A DNA stretch of 64,000 nucleotides from Lepidodermella squamata (taxonomy: Eukaryota > Animalia > Gastrotricha), in contig JBLDXI010000043.1 in the NCBI GenBank assembly GCA_047495785.1, positions 248,001-312,000 on the forward strand, in the 5' to 3' direction. A program made the position numbers and the translations under genes. The notes beneath the pieces are model-generated. The model was not told the origin of the DNA. It made no database searches and was given only the letters and a program-made list of their open reading frames with translations. This document shows, piece by piece, positions 50,322 through 63,600 of the stretch (position 1 is the first letter of the stretch; the number at the start of each line of letters is the position of its first letter).

Positions 50322-50860
50322 GCCCGTTAACGTTTCGGTATAACTCTCCATTTGACGGTAACTCCATCTCGCCATTGTTCTCTAGTTGCGGTAAATAATT
50401 TACCGTAAACGGCACTACCTCGACTCTGAAACATACATATGCTCGCGAGCGGTAAAATTATTTTTTCTGCGGTAAGTTCAGCTCATACTCAGTCGGAACT
50501 GCGCGCAGATCTGATGGTGCGAGCGCGCAGCCGCTCGCATCTTGGCTTACGTTATTACAATAGAGTGTGTTATAAAATGACGCATTACCATGGTGTGCGC
50601 GCGGGATTCCTCCATGGCTCATATGCAGCATGCTTTTTGCGCGCGCCGTGTCATCCGTACAGTAAGTGGAAAGACAAAGGCTTACGTTAAATAGTAACTG
50701 CCGCAATTGCTTCTACGGTAAAAGTAACGCCGCGTGCGGTAAAAATTTGCAAACGCGGCGGCGTTCGTTTTACCGCACAAGCATTGAGGTGACCTTGTTT
50801 GCGTGCTGCGGTAAAATAATTACCGTCAAATGGAGAGTTATACCGAAACGCTAGCGAGCC
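50322..50860. mobile_element. MITE, ~540 bp
   Basis: Perfect TIR core CGTTTCGGTATAACTCTCCATTTGACGGTAA (from 50331) with its inverse ending at 50850. Internal CGGTAAA subrepeats. Confidence 0.85.
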
Positions 50861-51263
50861 GATCATCTTTATTCTCTACGAACCAAAATAAAGGTAATGC
50901 GATTAGGTAGGATACCTGCGAACATTGTAATTTAGGTAACAGGTTCGAAATCCTTTCTTCGATATTTTTTCAATGACGTACATTTTACTAGGAATGTTTT
51001 GTTTAAATGAAATCAACTGCTTAGCAACAGGATCATGCACAATCATCTAATATCTAATTTTCAATTAATGCACTTAAGTTTTGGAACATTCGTGAATCGT
51101 TAATTGCAATCGTTTTATCAGTTTAGTTCCAACAGGAAGCAACATTTAAATGCCCATCTAGTATTCAATAATCCAAGTTAATTTGTGGCAGCGATATGCG
51201 ATCTTTGATCTTTTATCGGAATAACAAAATGTTCACTTCAGACCACGCTGTTGTAGCCGCGGC

Positions 51264-53908
51264 TCAATCACGGTATTTCATAGCGAACAAGGCCGGTGTT
51301 AATAAGGAAAAATAATGCAGTGGAGAACTAGGAATAGCCGAGTTTGAGCCCATCCTATAAGCTGCGATAGCAGACGGTATGGTCTGTTGAACAGTATACA
51401 CCGTTCCATTGTGATACGCCGTAGATCGGGAGCTCCAATTGTTCTCTAGAAACTGGTTCCGTAGAACAATAGCACCACTTGTTTTGTTGAACGCTGTCAA
51501 GTACCACAAGCATGCATCCGTTAAGATGAACTCTTCAGTCACAATTAACGTCGAATCATAAAGCTCAACTTTGCTGCATTGCATGCCATTCGCCTGTTGC
51601 ATGCCATTCACCTGTTCCCCATCGGTGTTACGAACAACCACAATTGGCGGTTTGTTCTCTGGATTAACAAAATAAGTAAAGGTTCCATCACTTGCCATAA
51701 CTGGAAAAATGTTCCTTTCGCTGGTCTCAAATCGACTGGTCCATTTGATCACGGGCGTAGACGATGAAAGGTCAATACCATGCAAGTTCGCCTCGTTAGC
51801 AGTAGAGCTGAAAGCGATAGCCATATCGTTTGTGATTATTGGCATCTACTCAATGTCAGTATTACTCGAATTTGGCAGGAGAATATCGTTCAAGATAGTT
51901 CCGGTGAGAGGATGCAACTCATAAAGCCGGCTATTTGTTGAGAAGAAGACCCGTTCATCCTTATGGATGGCTGACGCGTAGACCATGGTGTCATTTACAA
52001 CCACGTCGAATAGCTGCTGAAAGTCTGGAACTGAGAGGGCAATAAGTCTATGTCCTCTATGCAAGCCCTCAGTTAACTCTGCGTAAAGCACGCCGAACCT
52101 GCGACTGCAGGACATGCGAAAACCCTTGATGTAACCCACATAATCCGGCAAGTTGTGGTAAATCTTCCTTGATGCTATTTGCTTCGTCTCAGTGTCGATA
52201 GCGAGGAACACAGCCTCTTGCGGCTTAGCCGTGTTAGAGGGCTGTGATCGTACGTAAATAAGAGTTATAGCAGCACTATAGCAAATTTATAGTGCGACAC
52301 AGAAAAAAATCGTAGTATATCACTCATTATCGTGCTAAATTTTATTACTTGAGCTGCCTGAATTATATGTGGCATTGCAAAACATTTCCCCATTTGCTAT
52401 CTTCTTCAGTACCTGTTGCACGTGGGTGTGTAGTGTTCTGGAGTATGATTCGACTCTTTTAGGAGCTTCAGCTGAGGATTTAAGAATAGTGAATTGCAAT
52501 CAGAATTTAATTATATTCATCTTTTTCAAATCAGCCTGGCCAGCCAGTCTTTTATCATCCCGCCTCTTCCTTTTGCCACATCTTCCGTAGCCCAATCATT
52601 TGTTAGTTTTATGAATTGATGGAAAACTTTCTAGGAGAATGAGAATAATTAACGCCCTTGATAAAAATCTGGAAAACTATCAAAAAGGCATGAAAACACG
52701 CGATGTTTGAAGCAATTGAGTGAAAAAATACAAATTGATGGAATTATTAGAACTGTCAGAACTGTCAGAACTGTCGGAACTGAAAGAATTGAAATAATAG
52801 AAGCAAGCGGCGCAGTAGATAAAATATTGATTTTCATTTTTTCATCGAAACAATTTCAAAAAAAATTCACCCACGCTTTTTATCAATGAAATTTCGCTAA
52901 GTTTCGCATAAAAACTGGCGCATAGCCCCGGCGTCGCAAAAGCGCTTTTGCGTCCTCATCTTAGCTCTCCTCTTCAGTGAAATTTCCTTCCGCAAATACA
53001 AAATTTCGTCAAATCTTGGTAGTGTTCGCAACACAATTATCATCCCCAGATGAAATTGAGAAAGTAGTTTTTTTTGAAAATAACGAATCGGACCTGTTAA
53101 AAATCCACGTGTTATTATGAGTTACGCAGACTTGATAGGCAGTTTTACACCTGCGTGCTCAATGCTATACTTTTGCGCCTTGCTCGAAAGAAGGTAATGA
53201 AACGAAAACTATGAACGAGATGAATGGTATAGAAAATTAAAATACGCAAAACGAAAGCTACAAGTGGCAGTAATTTAGGTAGCACCTACAGGTTAGCGCG
53301 AATGTCAGGTACTATTGCATTATAATGCATGTCTGACATTATTGGGGATATGTTTTAAAAGAAACGCGATTGTTTGTATGTTGTCGATTAAGACAGGCGA
53401 TGATATAAAAGCGTCGATAAATCATTAGGTTTATGTGCTATATAAAAAATATAAATCTCACTATAAATTTATGATACTGTTATTTTTTTTCGATCACAGC
53501 CCCCTTAATCCGAGAAATTAAATACGGCCTCCCGTTGCTGCCATAACAGATCAAAGGTTGGGATATCATACCGATGGACGCATTGTTGCTGTCTATGTTG
53601 ATTGTCGCTGCAATTGCGCCATCTGTTTCGCGAACTGCGTAGAATGTTCCCATGCTGCTCTGAAGGTAGATGATGCCTTGGAAGACCAAAGGCTGGTGAA
53701 GGAGTATGATGCCATCGTTGACAGATGTCCCGATGGTAGGTGTCTCCCACATTTTGCTGAATTCTGCACCAAGCGAGGCTTCACCAAATACGTCAGGCTT
53801 GTAGCCTGAATGTGAAGAGTCGCCGCCTGCATTGGTCCACCATCCATCGGCTTGGGCCACCGAAGAAATAATAATCGTGAAAAGCAAATGTATGAGAGCT
53901 TTTTTCAT
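51264..53908 (-). pseudogene. Secreted/GPI-type beta-propeller (PQQ-binding-like/BamB-like) gene, interrupted by a DNA transposon and one in-frame TAG
   Basis: Signal peptide MKKALIHLL, WWTNAGGDSSHSG, blade motifs (PLVFQGIIY..FYAVRETDGAI, LYELHPLTGTI, LTAFNKTSGAI) and a hydrophobic tail. The frame is restored across the 52237-53504 insertion. TAG at 51846-51848. Confidence 0.7.
52237..53504. mobile_element. Non-autonomous PIF/Harbinger-like DNA transposon, 1268 bp
   Basis: 14-bp TIRs GAGGGCTGTGATCG / CGATCACAGCCCCC. TTA target duplication at 52234-52236 and 53505-53507. In-silico excision restores the host ORF. Confidence 0.82.
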
Positions 53909-53989
53909 TTTCAGTATAAGAAGCATAAGTGGAGAAAATTCAAACACCTTTATACACATCGATACAATTATTCACTCCGGACAAGGTGG

Positions 53990-54170
53990 GTCACACAAAC
54001 GTGTTTTTTATCTTGACCTACCTTGTCTGGCGATAAAGGCAGTCCTCAACAACAGGTTTCGGACTCGGCATATCTCGCACGTGATGCCTATCTTTTCGAT
54101 TTTCGGACATGGAAGGTCCTCGAGAAACTCGATGCGGTGCAACATCGGTTCTGCTCAACGACATGGCGGG
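53990..54170 (+). mobile_element. Possible decayed LINE RT C-terminal fragment
   Basis: RHISHVMPIFS followed by a frameshift into VLEKLDAVQHRF resembles the R..LEY...W / KLE.VQ.RF region. Confidence 0.35.
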
Positions 54171-57080
54171 CGAGACTTGGGCCATTTGTAAGAAGAAAGT
54201 TGGTGTGGGTCATGCTCTATGCGGTTTCGGGTTCGGAGTCCCAATACATCGAAGAATCAATACCGACTAATTCTGACAAAGTTGTCCACTCGCCGGCCGA
54301 CTTCAGCTCAGCCGATGGAAGAAGGCAGTTCAGTACTGAAAATTTGACTGAAATAGGTTCCCTGCCACTGCTAAAAAGTTGATAAAACGGATGAAAGAAA
54401 AATGATTGTCGTATTATGAGCGTGCAATCATTATTCTGCTTGGTAAATAAGAAGTTCGGCTCCTTTCAAACCAACAGGCAAAAATTGAAAGGGAAATTCA
54501 ACTTTTACATCATTCATTCCACGGTCATTTCGCTTTATCGCAAGCTATTATAGTTGTCAACGCTATCTTAGTGGCAATTGAACTGAATCGTATGTGAATT
54601 ATTTTTGCAAAAATTGCCTAAATATTCGAACTTTGCTCGGACGCTTGGCGCTTGGCGACGTCGAATCCGCTGGAAATCGCAGGCGTGATATCGGTTACGA
54701 GATTAAAACATGTTTTATTTTATTTAAATTGCGGCTGTAGGGTTTGAGTGTTATTGAGAGTCATTGGCTACATGTCCTTTTTCACTCTTATAATTTCCTT
54801 CAGAGTTCGCCTGGGGAACAGTATCAACATGGGTACCACTAAATCTAAAATTGCCAGTGTTCAAATTGCGCTAAATAGGTTTGTTTGAAACTTGGGCTAG
54901 CCGACTTTCCGGTCCAACCAGGTACAACGGGAGCATGGCCAAAATGCTCATCTAGACCCAACGGATCGCCTCGTGCGAAAGAGCGGGCAGAAATGGTCAA
55001 TTGTCAATTATGATAAGAAATCAGAATTTTTGCTGTGCCAACAGGTAAATAAAAGGTTAGAAACTTCGAGAGATCCTGGAGGATTTCGGAAGCAAGATTT
55101 CGTTGAAAACTGGGGGTCAAATAAATTACTGGTGACCACCGCGATGATACATCGCACGCTTTGGAATTTGGAAAATAATGACCCACAGCCATAATAAAGC
55201 ATAATTTATGCAATTTAGCGTCATAAACCCACTATGTAAGCTTTATAAATTGCCAAAATCATGTAATCATTGAAAAATTCTCAAATTTGCTAGAAAGTCC
55301 GGTACCTACTCATGCCCCTTCAAGATAAATTCCTAGAATTCTTAGAGCGAGAGCTGATTTTAAACATTTGAATGACACATTTTTGACAGTAATAATTTAG
55401 AGATAAATCTGGTTCTTCTTTGTTTATCAATTTTTCAACTTTTTTCCGATAACAGAAACTATAGCAGTGTCACATTTCTTGCGCATTAATAGCCTCGCTT
55501 TTTTCGATAAGATCCCCCTATATAGCGCGATTATACGAATGTTTCGTGTAGTACTCAAGCATCATCGTAGGTATTCTGAGTCACCTTATCGCTATTTTTT
55601 GCTTTTGTGATACAAAGTGTTTTATACTTGTATACTATCAGCACATACACATTTACGCTGCAATTCTGTGTTACTTACTTCTTATTAGCCCAAGTCAAAC
55701 CACGCTTGCAGAGCCTAATAATCCTAATATGTATCAGCTATCAGTATTCGTTTCGGTTTTTCATACCGGGCGCGATAACGTATAAATTGTTTTTATTTTA
55801 GAGAATATCCTTGGTAGTAAATAATTAGCCTCCTGATAAAGGTTGTTTTCTATTACTTTTTGCACTCGATACAACAGACTTTTCGAAATTTTGTGTTTCT
55901 CTTTTCAATCAAATATTTCTGACAGTTTTATTCTAATTTTCTTCTCAGAATTCGAAGTTTAGCTAAAACAAATTTATTTCGTCGAATATCAGGAGTTTTT
56001 AATTTGTAGAGTCCCGACCTTTCCGATGATCTTTCGACGTGATTTCCGAATATTCATGTTTGACACTTGACACGATTAGGATTTTAGAAATTTAAGGGAG
56101 CTCTTAGCCCTAACCCTAAAATACAATTGGAAAATTCCTTCCAATTAAATAAAAGCGTAATCTGTAATCTGTTCGGAAATAATCGAACGGCATTGTTTGG
56201 GGCCAAAGTTCCACGCTCTCGTAGTACAGATTCTGATTGTTACAAATATTTCTCGAAAATCGGAATTCTATTCGCCGTTTAAATGTAAAGAAACGGCCTT
56301 ATTCAGACTTCAGACAATTTCGCAAAATATACTAGGTACTTCATGAAGAAAATCAGCAAATTTATAGAAATTTCAAAAACTGATGCTGAATCCTAGTTTC
56401 CAGAAAATTTCGAAAATTCACTTTCGAGTAGAGTTTTCTCAAAATTAACGCATTCGCAGAGGGTAAAAAACTGTCTGAAACAAAGTTTTCACTTGACCTG
56501 ACTTTATTTCATAGAAATACTCTCAAAGTTCAGGTGGCCCGATTGATAAAACACGGTCGACCCGGGTGGGGACCCAACTCATGTTGATGCACTGAACTGC
56601 TGTGTGCACCTAATGGTCTATTTTCGCAGGGAATTTTAATATTTTTATTAAAAAATTTAAACTAAAAGATGACAAGCTGAGATCTGACGTGTCCATTTAT
56701 TCAAATTATTTGTGATGCGACTTTCTAAAGTCCTTTCTAAATATTTCAGTATTAATTGCCAAAATTTTTAAAATTTAACAAACTCATGCTCCGTTTTTTC
56801 GAGAGAGTTAGTTTCACTGCGAGACTTTGAAATTTCCGAAATTCAAAATCCAGCCGTGCACTTGGCCCACACGTTTCAAAGGTACGCAATCCACCAGAAA
56901 GAGAAAAAACAAAAAACTGGTCCCTTTTCGCTAATCGCATATAAATTGCCTCATAAAATATACGCTCAGGTAAATGCAATAAATACTTATTATAACAGCG
57001 AGGCGACGAGGCAGAACATGCATATAACCTCTACTTTTTATGCACTAGACTATTAGTATAATAACACGACACAAAAAGGC

Positions 57081-59597
57081 ATGTCAACGCGCGAGACGCC
57101 GCCAGAAAGCGACGCCGGCCACAACGACGCCCTGTTGTCGCCGAACCCGGACCTGATGAGCGGCTACACCCCAGCCCCATTCTCGCCTACATCGACCACG
57201 CTGCCAGCATCGACAACCGGCCATCAGCAGACAAACTACGTCAAATTCGACTCGAAGAAGCGGTCGAATGCCGAAGAGATCCGGCTGTACAAACAACATC
57301 GCTACTACAGCAAAATGAACACGTTGTACACCGGGACAGGGCTGCAGCCCTACGCCTGGGCCATTTTCTTCACCGTCATATCGGCCATGTGCTTCTGCGG
57401 CGGCATCATCATCGTCTGCGTGCAGAAATTTCACCGGTGGACGCCGCATAACGACAAGGAAGAGTTCATCGGGCCGATGTTGTTCGGCCTGTGGGTCGCC
57501 TCTGGGTCCATTGCTGGGTATTTGTACTACAAGGCGTGGAAGGCGTCGTGCGCCCATCGCCGGAGACTGCGGCTCAAGGGCCGGTTCGAGGGCATCCGCC
57601 GGCGTGGCAATCAGTTGCTGATGGTTTCTGGGTTGTACTTGGTGGATCCGAAGACGGACCAGGCGGCGGCGATTCTCGCTGGCGATAGTAAGGATGGCGC
57701 GGCGCCGCAGTTGAAGACGGGCCAGAAGACGGAGCGGGCCATGCCGCCGGTTGATCCGATGCATTTGCCGCAGAATCGCGTTTACAGAACGTCGCAGGTG
57801 TCGTCGACGCCGTCTTCCGTTGCCATGTGGACCAGATCAGGTATAAGATTTATGCTTAAGTCTTTAAAACTCAATGTTAGGATCCATTTTTTAAATACCA
57901 CATTTCAAATTAACAAAGGCAGTTTTGCGACCTCGAGTCATTTTATTGAGAAAAACGCTGGTAATTAATTGATTTGTCCTTTTGTCGTTGCGCTAAATTC
58001 TGATTTTCTTCCCCCTTTTTCGCCTTAAAATTATAATTATTGATTTTGTTCATTTTTTGATTTGTCCAATGTCGCATATGCAAATTGCGTAGAACCAAAA
58101 AAATCACGTGAAATTCATCAAATTTATGACATTTTTTTCTGAATTTTATCGAAAATAATCGCTTTTGCGCGATTATTCCCCGCGAATAATTGGCAAACTC
58201 GGGATTCATTTTTCATGATTCGATTTTCCGATTTTCTGATAATTTTGTGGAACATTGCTTTCGTTAATGAGATTGATGAGCCCAAACCGGGAAACTACCT
58301 AAATATCCATCAAGTTTTTTCCAGAATTGTATTGAATTTTTATCCTCCATCCTCCCAATCCTGAACATTTCAGAAAATTACAAAATGTTACTCACGCTCC
58401 AACTTCTTGTAAAACAAGTTAATTGCCAGGTCAGGAGGGCAATCAATAAAATTTTCGAAATGACCGTACTGCCCGAAATGTTGGGCCTGTTCTTTGTTTT
58501 TTTCAAAACAAGTCGCAACCTCGTCTTATATTTGAGACCGCTCTTTATTTGAGGTCTGACCTTCATTATTTCGAACCCTTCTGAAATAATAACATGTCGC
58601 TACACAGCGCTTCCAGTCCCTATGAAATGAAATGAAATGGAATGATTTTATTGTTTTACTTCCCCGCGACTGAGCGTCTATACCCTTTCGGGTTTTGAGG
58701 AAGGCGAAGGCAAAGCAAACCAAAAGAATCAGTCACCCGCCCCCACGTCCCTATGAGTTGGCCTCTAAATGGATAAATAAATAAATAAATAAATAGAAGG
58801 CGATGAGGATGATGACGTAGTATAATTCGAATTCCTTTAAACTATTCATTTACGGCAAGAGTTACCATCGGGTTTTTACTGGTTTTCCCCGATACATTTT
58901 TCAATTTATCTGGCAAAATTGTCGGGAAATGATGGAAGATCCTTCATTCCGAATGGATTGAGATGGTAATCCCTGAAAAGCGTCGCAAAATTAGAAAATA
59001 TCTATTCATCAATTTCGGCTTTTTTTTAATATTTTTCGGATTCCGCCTAATATCTGTAATTAATTTGTTTCAGCTATTCCGGCGTATTACGGACCCGGTC
59101 CCCAGGAGCCATTCGTGCTCGGCCCCGTGCCGCCCGGTCGAAGAGGCCAAGGGCTGCCGTTCGTGCCAACCGGCGGCGCCATGGCCGAGGAGCCCGGCGA
59201 CTACAACGCGATGCGGCCGAGCGGCAGTCAGTCGAGCCTGCTCGCCCGGCAAGGCCGAAAAGCGTCGAAAGACTCGCTGCTCAACTCAACGGAACAGCTG
59301 GCGAAACCTAAGCCAATCACGTTCGAAGAGGACGAACTCGCCTCGGTCGCCTCGTCCAAGGCCGTGACAGCCCAGCAGAGCCTGAGCGGCGGGTCGCCGA
59401 AATCGTCCCGCTCGCAGGCGAAAAAGCCGTCGGTATCAGCGCTGCCGGTGAGTCATCAGGCGACGAGCGGTGGTGGCAAGCCGTCGACCAGCTCCCTGGC
59501 TGGATCTCTGGCGCCGTCGACGCGGCCGAAGCCGAAAATCACTGGCATGTCATCGCTCGCCTCGTCTTCATCGTCGAAGCCGTCGACGTCTGGTTGA
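57081..59597 (+). CDS. Two-TM membrane protein with long Ser/Pro/Lys-rich tail, PIRT/TMEM200-like topology (exons 57081-57840, 59074-59597; 427 aa)
   Basis: GC-rich codon usage. Two hydrophobic helices, the second starting FIGPMLFG and followed by basic HRRRLRLK. Phase-1 intron CAG|GTATAA...TTTCAG. The family assignment is tentative. Confidence 0.75.
58620..58760 (-). mobile_element. Possible retroelement 3' end with AATAAA and (CATTT)n tail
   Basis: The minus strand reads AATAAAATCATTCCATTTCATTTCATTTCA. It lies inside the intron of the 2-TM gene. Confidence 0.35.
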
Positions 59598-60684
59598 AAA
59601 TGATGGCGGGACATTTCTATGCGGCTGTGCGGATTTTTTTGTTCGAATTTTGGGTTGTGATTTTATAGACTTTTTTTATTTTTCGTGTCTTTATTACGTT
59701 CGCTTGCTGATGTGTTATATCGCTGCTATGGTTGATACTAGTGATTATTACAGTAAATATTTTTATTGAAAATAATGGCCTTTTTACATTCCGAATATTT
59801 TCAGAATTTCATTTTTAAATTTCCTGATTTAATTTTAACGCAGTATAATTTTGTAGAAACATTATTTTATCGTAATCCTAAATACTAAACAAAAAATTAA
59901 AAAAAATCCCAAACTTTCATCTTTCATATTGCCGATCTGTCTTCAATTTTTTTTAATATGTTACAACTTGAACCTGATTTTGGCGTAAATTTGCATGCAT
60001 AAATTGTTTACGTAGAGTTTTTCAAGGTCGAATTTTTCGATTTTTAATAGGAAATTCAATTAAAGAAAAATCCATCCAATTCTTACATTTTTAGAACCCA
60101 GATTTAGATATAAAAGAGGACTTCCCGCGTTAATTCATCCGCGTCTTAGATTCGAAATAGGAGCTAAAATGAAAAATTAGGCAAATCATTTTCGGTATTT
60201 TTTCGGATATTCTATTTTGTCCAACCCGCAAATCGTCAAATCGTAAATAATTCGACGGTTTGGCTCTCGGGTTCCACTGAATTAAGAAAAGCCGGCCCCT
60301 GATTGGTCCACGTCATTTCCATTTGGTATTATAGCACCTTGCCTCGCTTCCTCTCACGCGCCGACGGAGCCAAATCGCGCTACCATCAGGTACTACACGC
60401 ACTGCTTCAGGGCGGGGTTTTATTGCCCATTTAGCGTGACGTTTTGACACGCGCACAGCAATAAAAACTGCGCGCGTGCGCAAATTTTATTACATGTGCG
60501 CGCGCACCGGCTCGCTCGCATTAATAACGGTACTCTAGCCTCATCCACCCGCACCAGTACCACTGCCAGATTTTAATTACCGGCGAACCGCGGAACCGAG
60601 AAAAGCGGGCGGATAACATTTTCTGTTTGTTTTACAATTTCTCGGTATTTTTTACCGATTTTGGGTATTTTCCGTCGTTTGTTC

Positions 60685-63600
60685 ATGAGCAAATTACTGT
60701 GCCATGTCGCGTTAATCGCGGCGATATTTATCGCATCGACGTCGGCTGAGGAGTGCAAAAGCTGCGAATCATGCGGTCAAATTCAGCCAGTTGTAAGTTT
60801 GTCTGAAATATTTTCTGGATTTTTCAAAATTTCATAATCTTTACTTTCTATTGGTATTTATTGCCTTTTGCGGAATATGTTGTTATTTTATTATTTTCCA
60901 AATTCTATAATTTTCCCGGTTATTTTTGAAATTTTCCCGGTTTTTGGATGATTTTAAGTTGATATTTTGCTTGAATTCTAATTTTAATATCGGTAAATCA
61001 GTGTTTTATTTTTTTTCAATATATTTTTAGTGGCCCAATGGCGACCAAGGTGAGCGCGGTCCTGTTGGTGATCGCGGCGAGCCAGGCGTGAATGGAGCAG
61101 ACGGCGGTCAAGGGCCTCAAGGCACTCCGGGTGATCAGGGAGAAACAGGTCCGCAGGGGCTGCGAGGCGTGAAGGGTAACAAGGGTGAAGTGGGTGAGCC
61201 TGGTGCTAAAGGGTTCGCCGGCATCCCAGCTCAAGCGGGTCCTGATGAAAAGGGTGTCAAGGGTGAGACGGGTGATAAGGGGCAAAAGGGCGTCCCGGGT
61301 TTTGCAGGGTGTCCGGGTGCTCACGGCCAGCAGGGTGTTATCGGCGAGCAGGGTGAAGTGGGTGAGCAGGGCCCGAAAGGCCCCGTTGGTAAGCAGGGTC
61401 AAGAGGGTGATCAAGGCCCCCGTGGTAGAGCGGGACCGAATGGTAACGCTGGACGTCAGGGTCGACAGGGCATTAAGGGAGACGTGGGCGCTCAGGGTAA
61501 AATCGGCCCGGTTGGTGACGGAGGCGACGAGGGTGATCGTGGCACCCAGGGTATTCCGGGCCCCGTTGACCAAGATTTCTCACTCCACCGCGGGCCGAAG
61601 GGTCAGAAGGGTGACAAGGGCCCGGTTGAGTGTAGCCTCGAGCCAACTGAAGTCGCGGATGAATTGCGGGGCGAATCGGGTGATCTGGGTGACGAAGGGC
61701 CCCGCGGTGAGTACGGTGACACGGGTGACCAGGGCCCAAGAGGATCCGCTTGCAACTGCGCCGATGCGAACCGGACGAGTGTGAAAGCTCCTCGTGGTGT
61801 AGCCGGAGAATCCGGGCCTCAGGCTGATTACGGCGCCCATAAGGGTGATCAGGGTGACAACAAATCATGCAACTGCTCCAAGGCTTGTATCACCCTACCT
61901 GAATTCCCGAAGCGCGCTAGTCTCGTACCGGAGCCTGTGAAAAAGGAAATAAGGCCGGTCATCGGTTTTGCTGGTCCTGAAGGTCCAAAGGGTCCTAAGG
62001 GTGACGCTGGACCCCCGGGCCCAGGCATTAGGGGTGAAAAGGGTTCTCGTGGGCCTCGTGGGACGAAGGCTTGCTGTACTAAACCACCTGTTGAGCGATC
62101 CTACGGCCGAACGCCCAGCCTATACGTTGTGCACACGCAGTCGACAAGTGACGTAAGTCCTAATTCATCGACCTAATTTCGGACATCTCTATTTTGATCA
62201 TTTGAATTTAATTTAGGAAGCTACGTGTCTGGACGAAAATGCTGAGCTGTTGTGGACCGGCTATTCTTTCTTGTATGGGGATATCAATCGAGTTGCCACT
62301 GGCCAGGATTTAGGTACGATTTTTCGCTCATAGTAGTATTGATCGTCCTTTGCCCTATTCGTTTTAGGCCCGATTTAGGCGTAATTTAAATTTCTTTTCA
62401 AATTCTGATTATTTGTTTATAAATCGTACATTTTCCATATTTTTTATACTATTCGAAGAAATATCGAGTAAATGTTTGAAATTGAAAACAATGGACGCAA
62501 CTTTTTTCCGCAGCAAATAACTTTTTCTCGCAGTATAATTTTAAATAGCGCAAATTGCCTTGCAAATTTTACCAAACGATTTCTAGTTCAAAACTGAGAA
62601 GGAAAATATATCGCTTTTAGTCAAGGGTCAAATGTCACAATTTTTTGATCGAATTATTCGAATAAGAGCTAATTTATGTCCTATTCTACAACAAGTTGAA
62701 AGGATGTTTGGGCAGTGGTCATTGTTGTATTCAATGATTTTCTATTTCTGTCCAAGACCCCTGAAACGGTTGTCTAGAATCGCTCACTCAAAACGCCATC
62801 GACTAATAAGCCAGGAAAGTCCTTTGACACTATAGCTCTTCCCAGGAACGTTCGCTTGGATACCTTGGATAACTTGAACGTTGAAAGTATTGCATACTTC
62901 TCTCCTCCCGGGAGCCGGCAAAAAACTCGGGCTGCTCACCAATCTTATGTAGACCAACAAAAGTTTTCCATCGGAAGTTCAGTTCAGTTCCGTTGAAAGC
63001 GTTAAGATGTAATAAGTAGTTAATAAAAGTAAAGAATAATGACTGGTAAAACCAAATAACCAGCGACAAGGGAGCCCGTGTCACAGGCCGCGTGCGAGAA
63101 CAAAGAAAACGCTGTAATCCTGTGGGAAGTGGGAAGAGTGGGAATGACACATTTTCTGCTTCAATTTTGAGAAAGGAATCGTTTAGAGAAATTTGCAACA
63201 AAATTTGCGCTAATTTAGGTTATACTGCGAGAAAAAGTCGATTTGCTGTGGAGAAAAGTCCTTACTGCGCGAAAAAGTGTGTTACTGCGAAAAAAAGATA
63301 TTTACTGCGGGATAAAGTATTTTTCAAAACAATTTTCGAGGGAAATTCGAAATTTAAATTCCGAAATTTCGAAATTTCAAAAATAGGAATTCCTTTATTT
63401 TTGACCCATTTTGGCGCAATTTCGAAAAATCCTAATTTGAAAATTAGATTTTCATTGAAATTGTTATTATTTCTGACTCATGATTTTTTCGAAATCCAGG
63501 TCCATAATTTTCAGTGATTGACCTTATTCTTTCAATGCAAATTGTTTAGGTCGACCTGGGTCATGCATTCCGCGCCTTGACCCGATTCCGTACACCGACT

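Noticed and set aside
54973-55045. KWSIVNYDKKSEFLLCQ as a C-type lectin exon
   Set aside because: Only a weak partial motif, and I could not build a gene model.
61016-61868. Antisense and alternate-frame ORFs over collagen (also over the GPCR TM regions, ankyrin, mucin stalk and 57084-57764)
   Set aside because: These are shadow ORFs from codon periodicity of the real genes.
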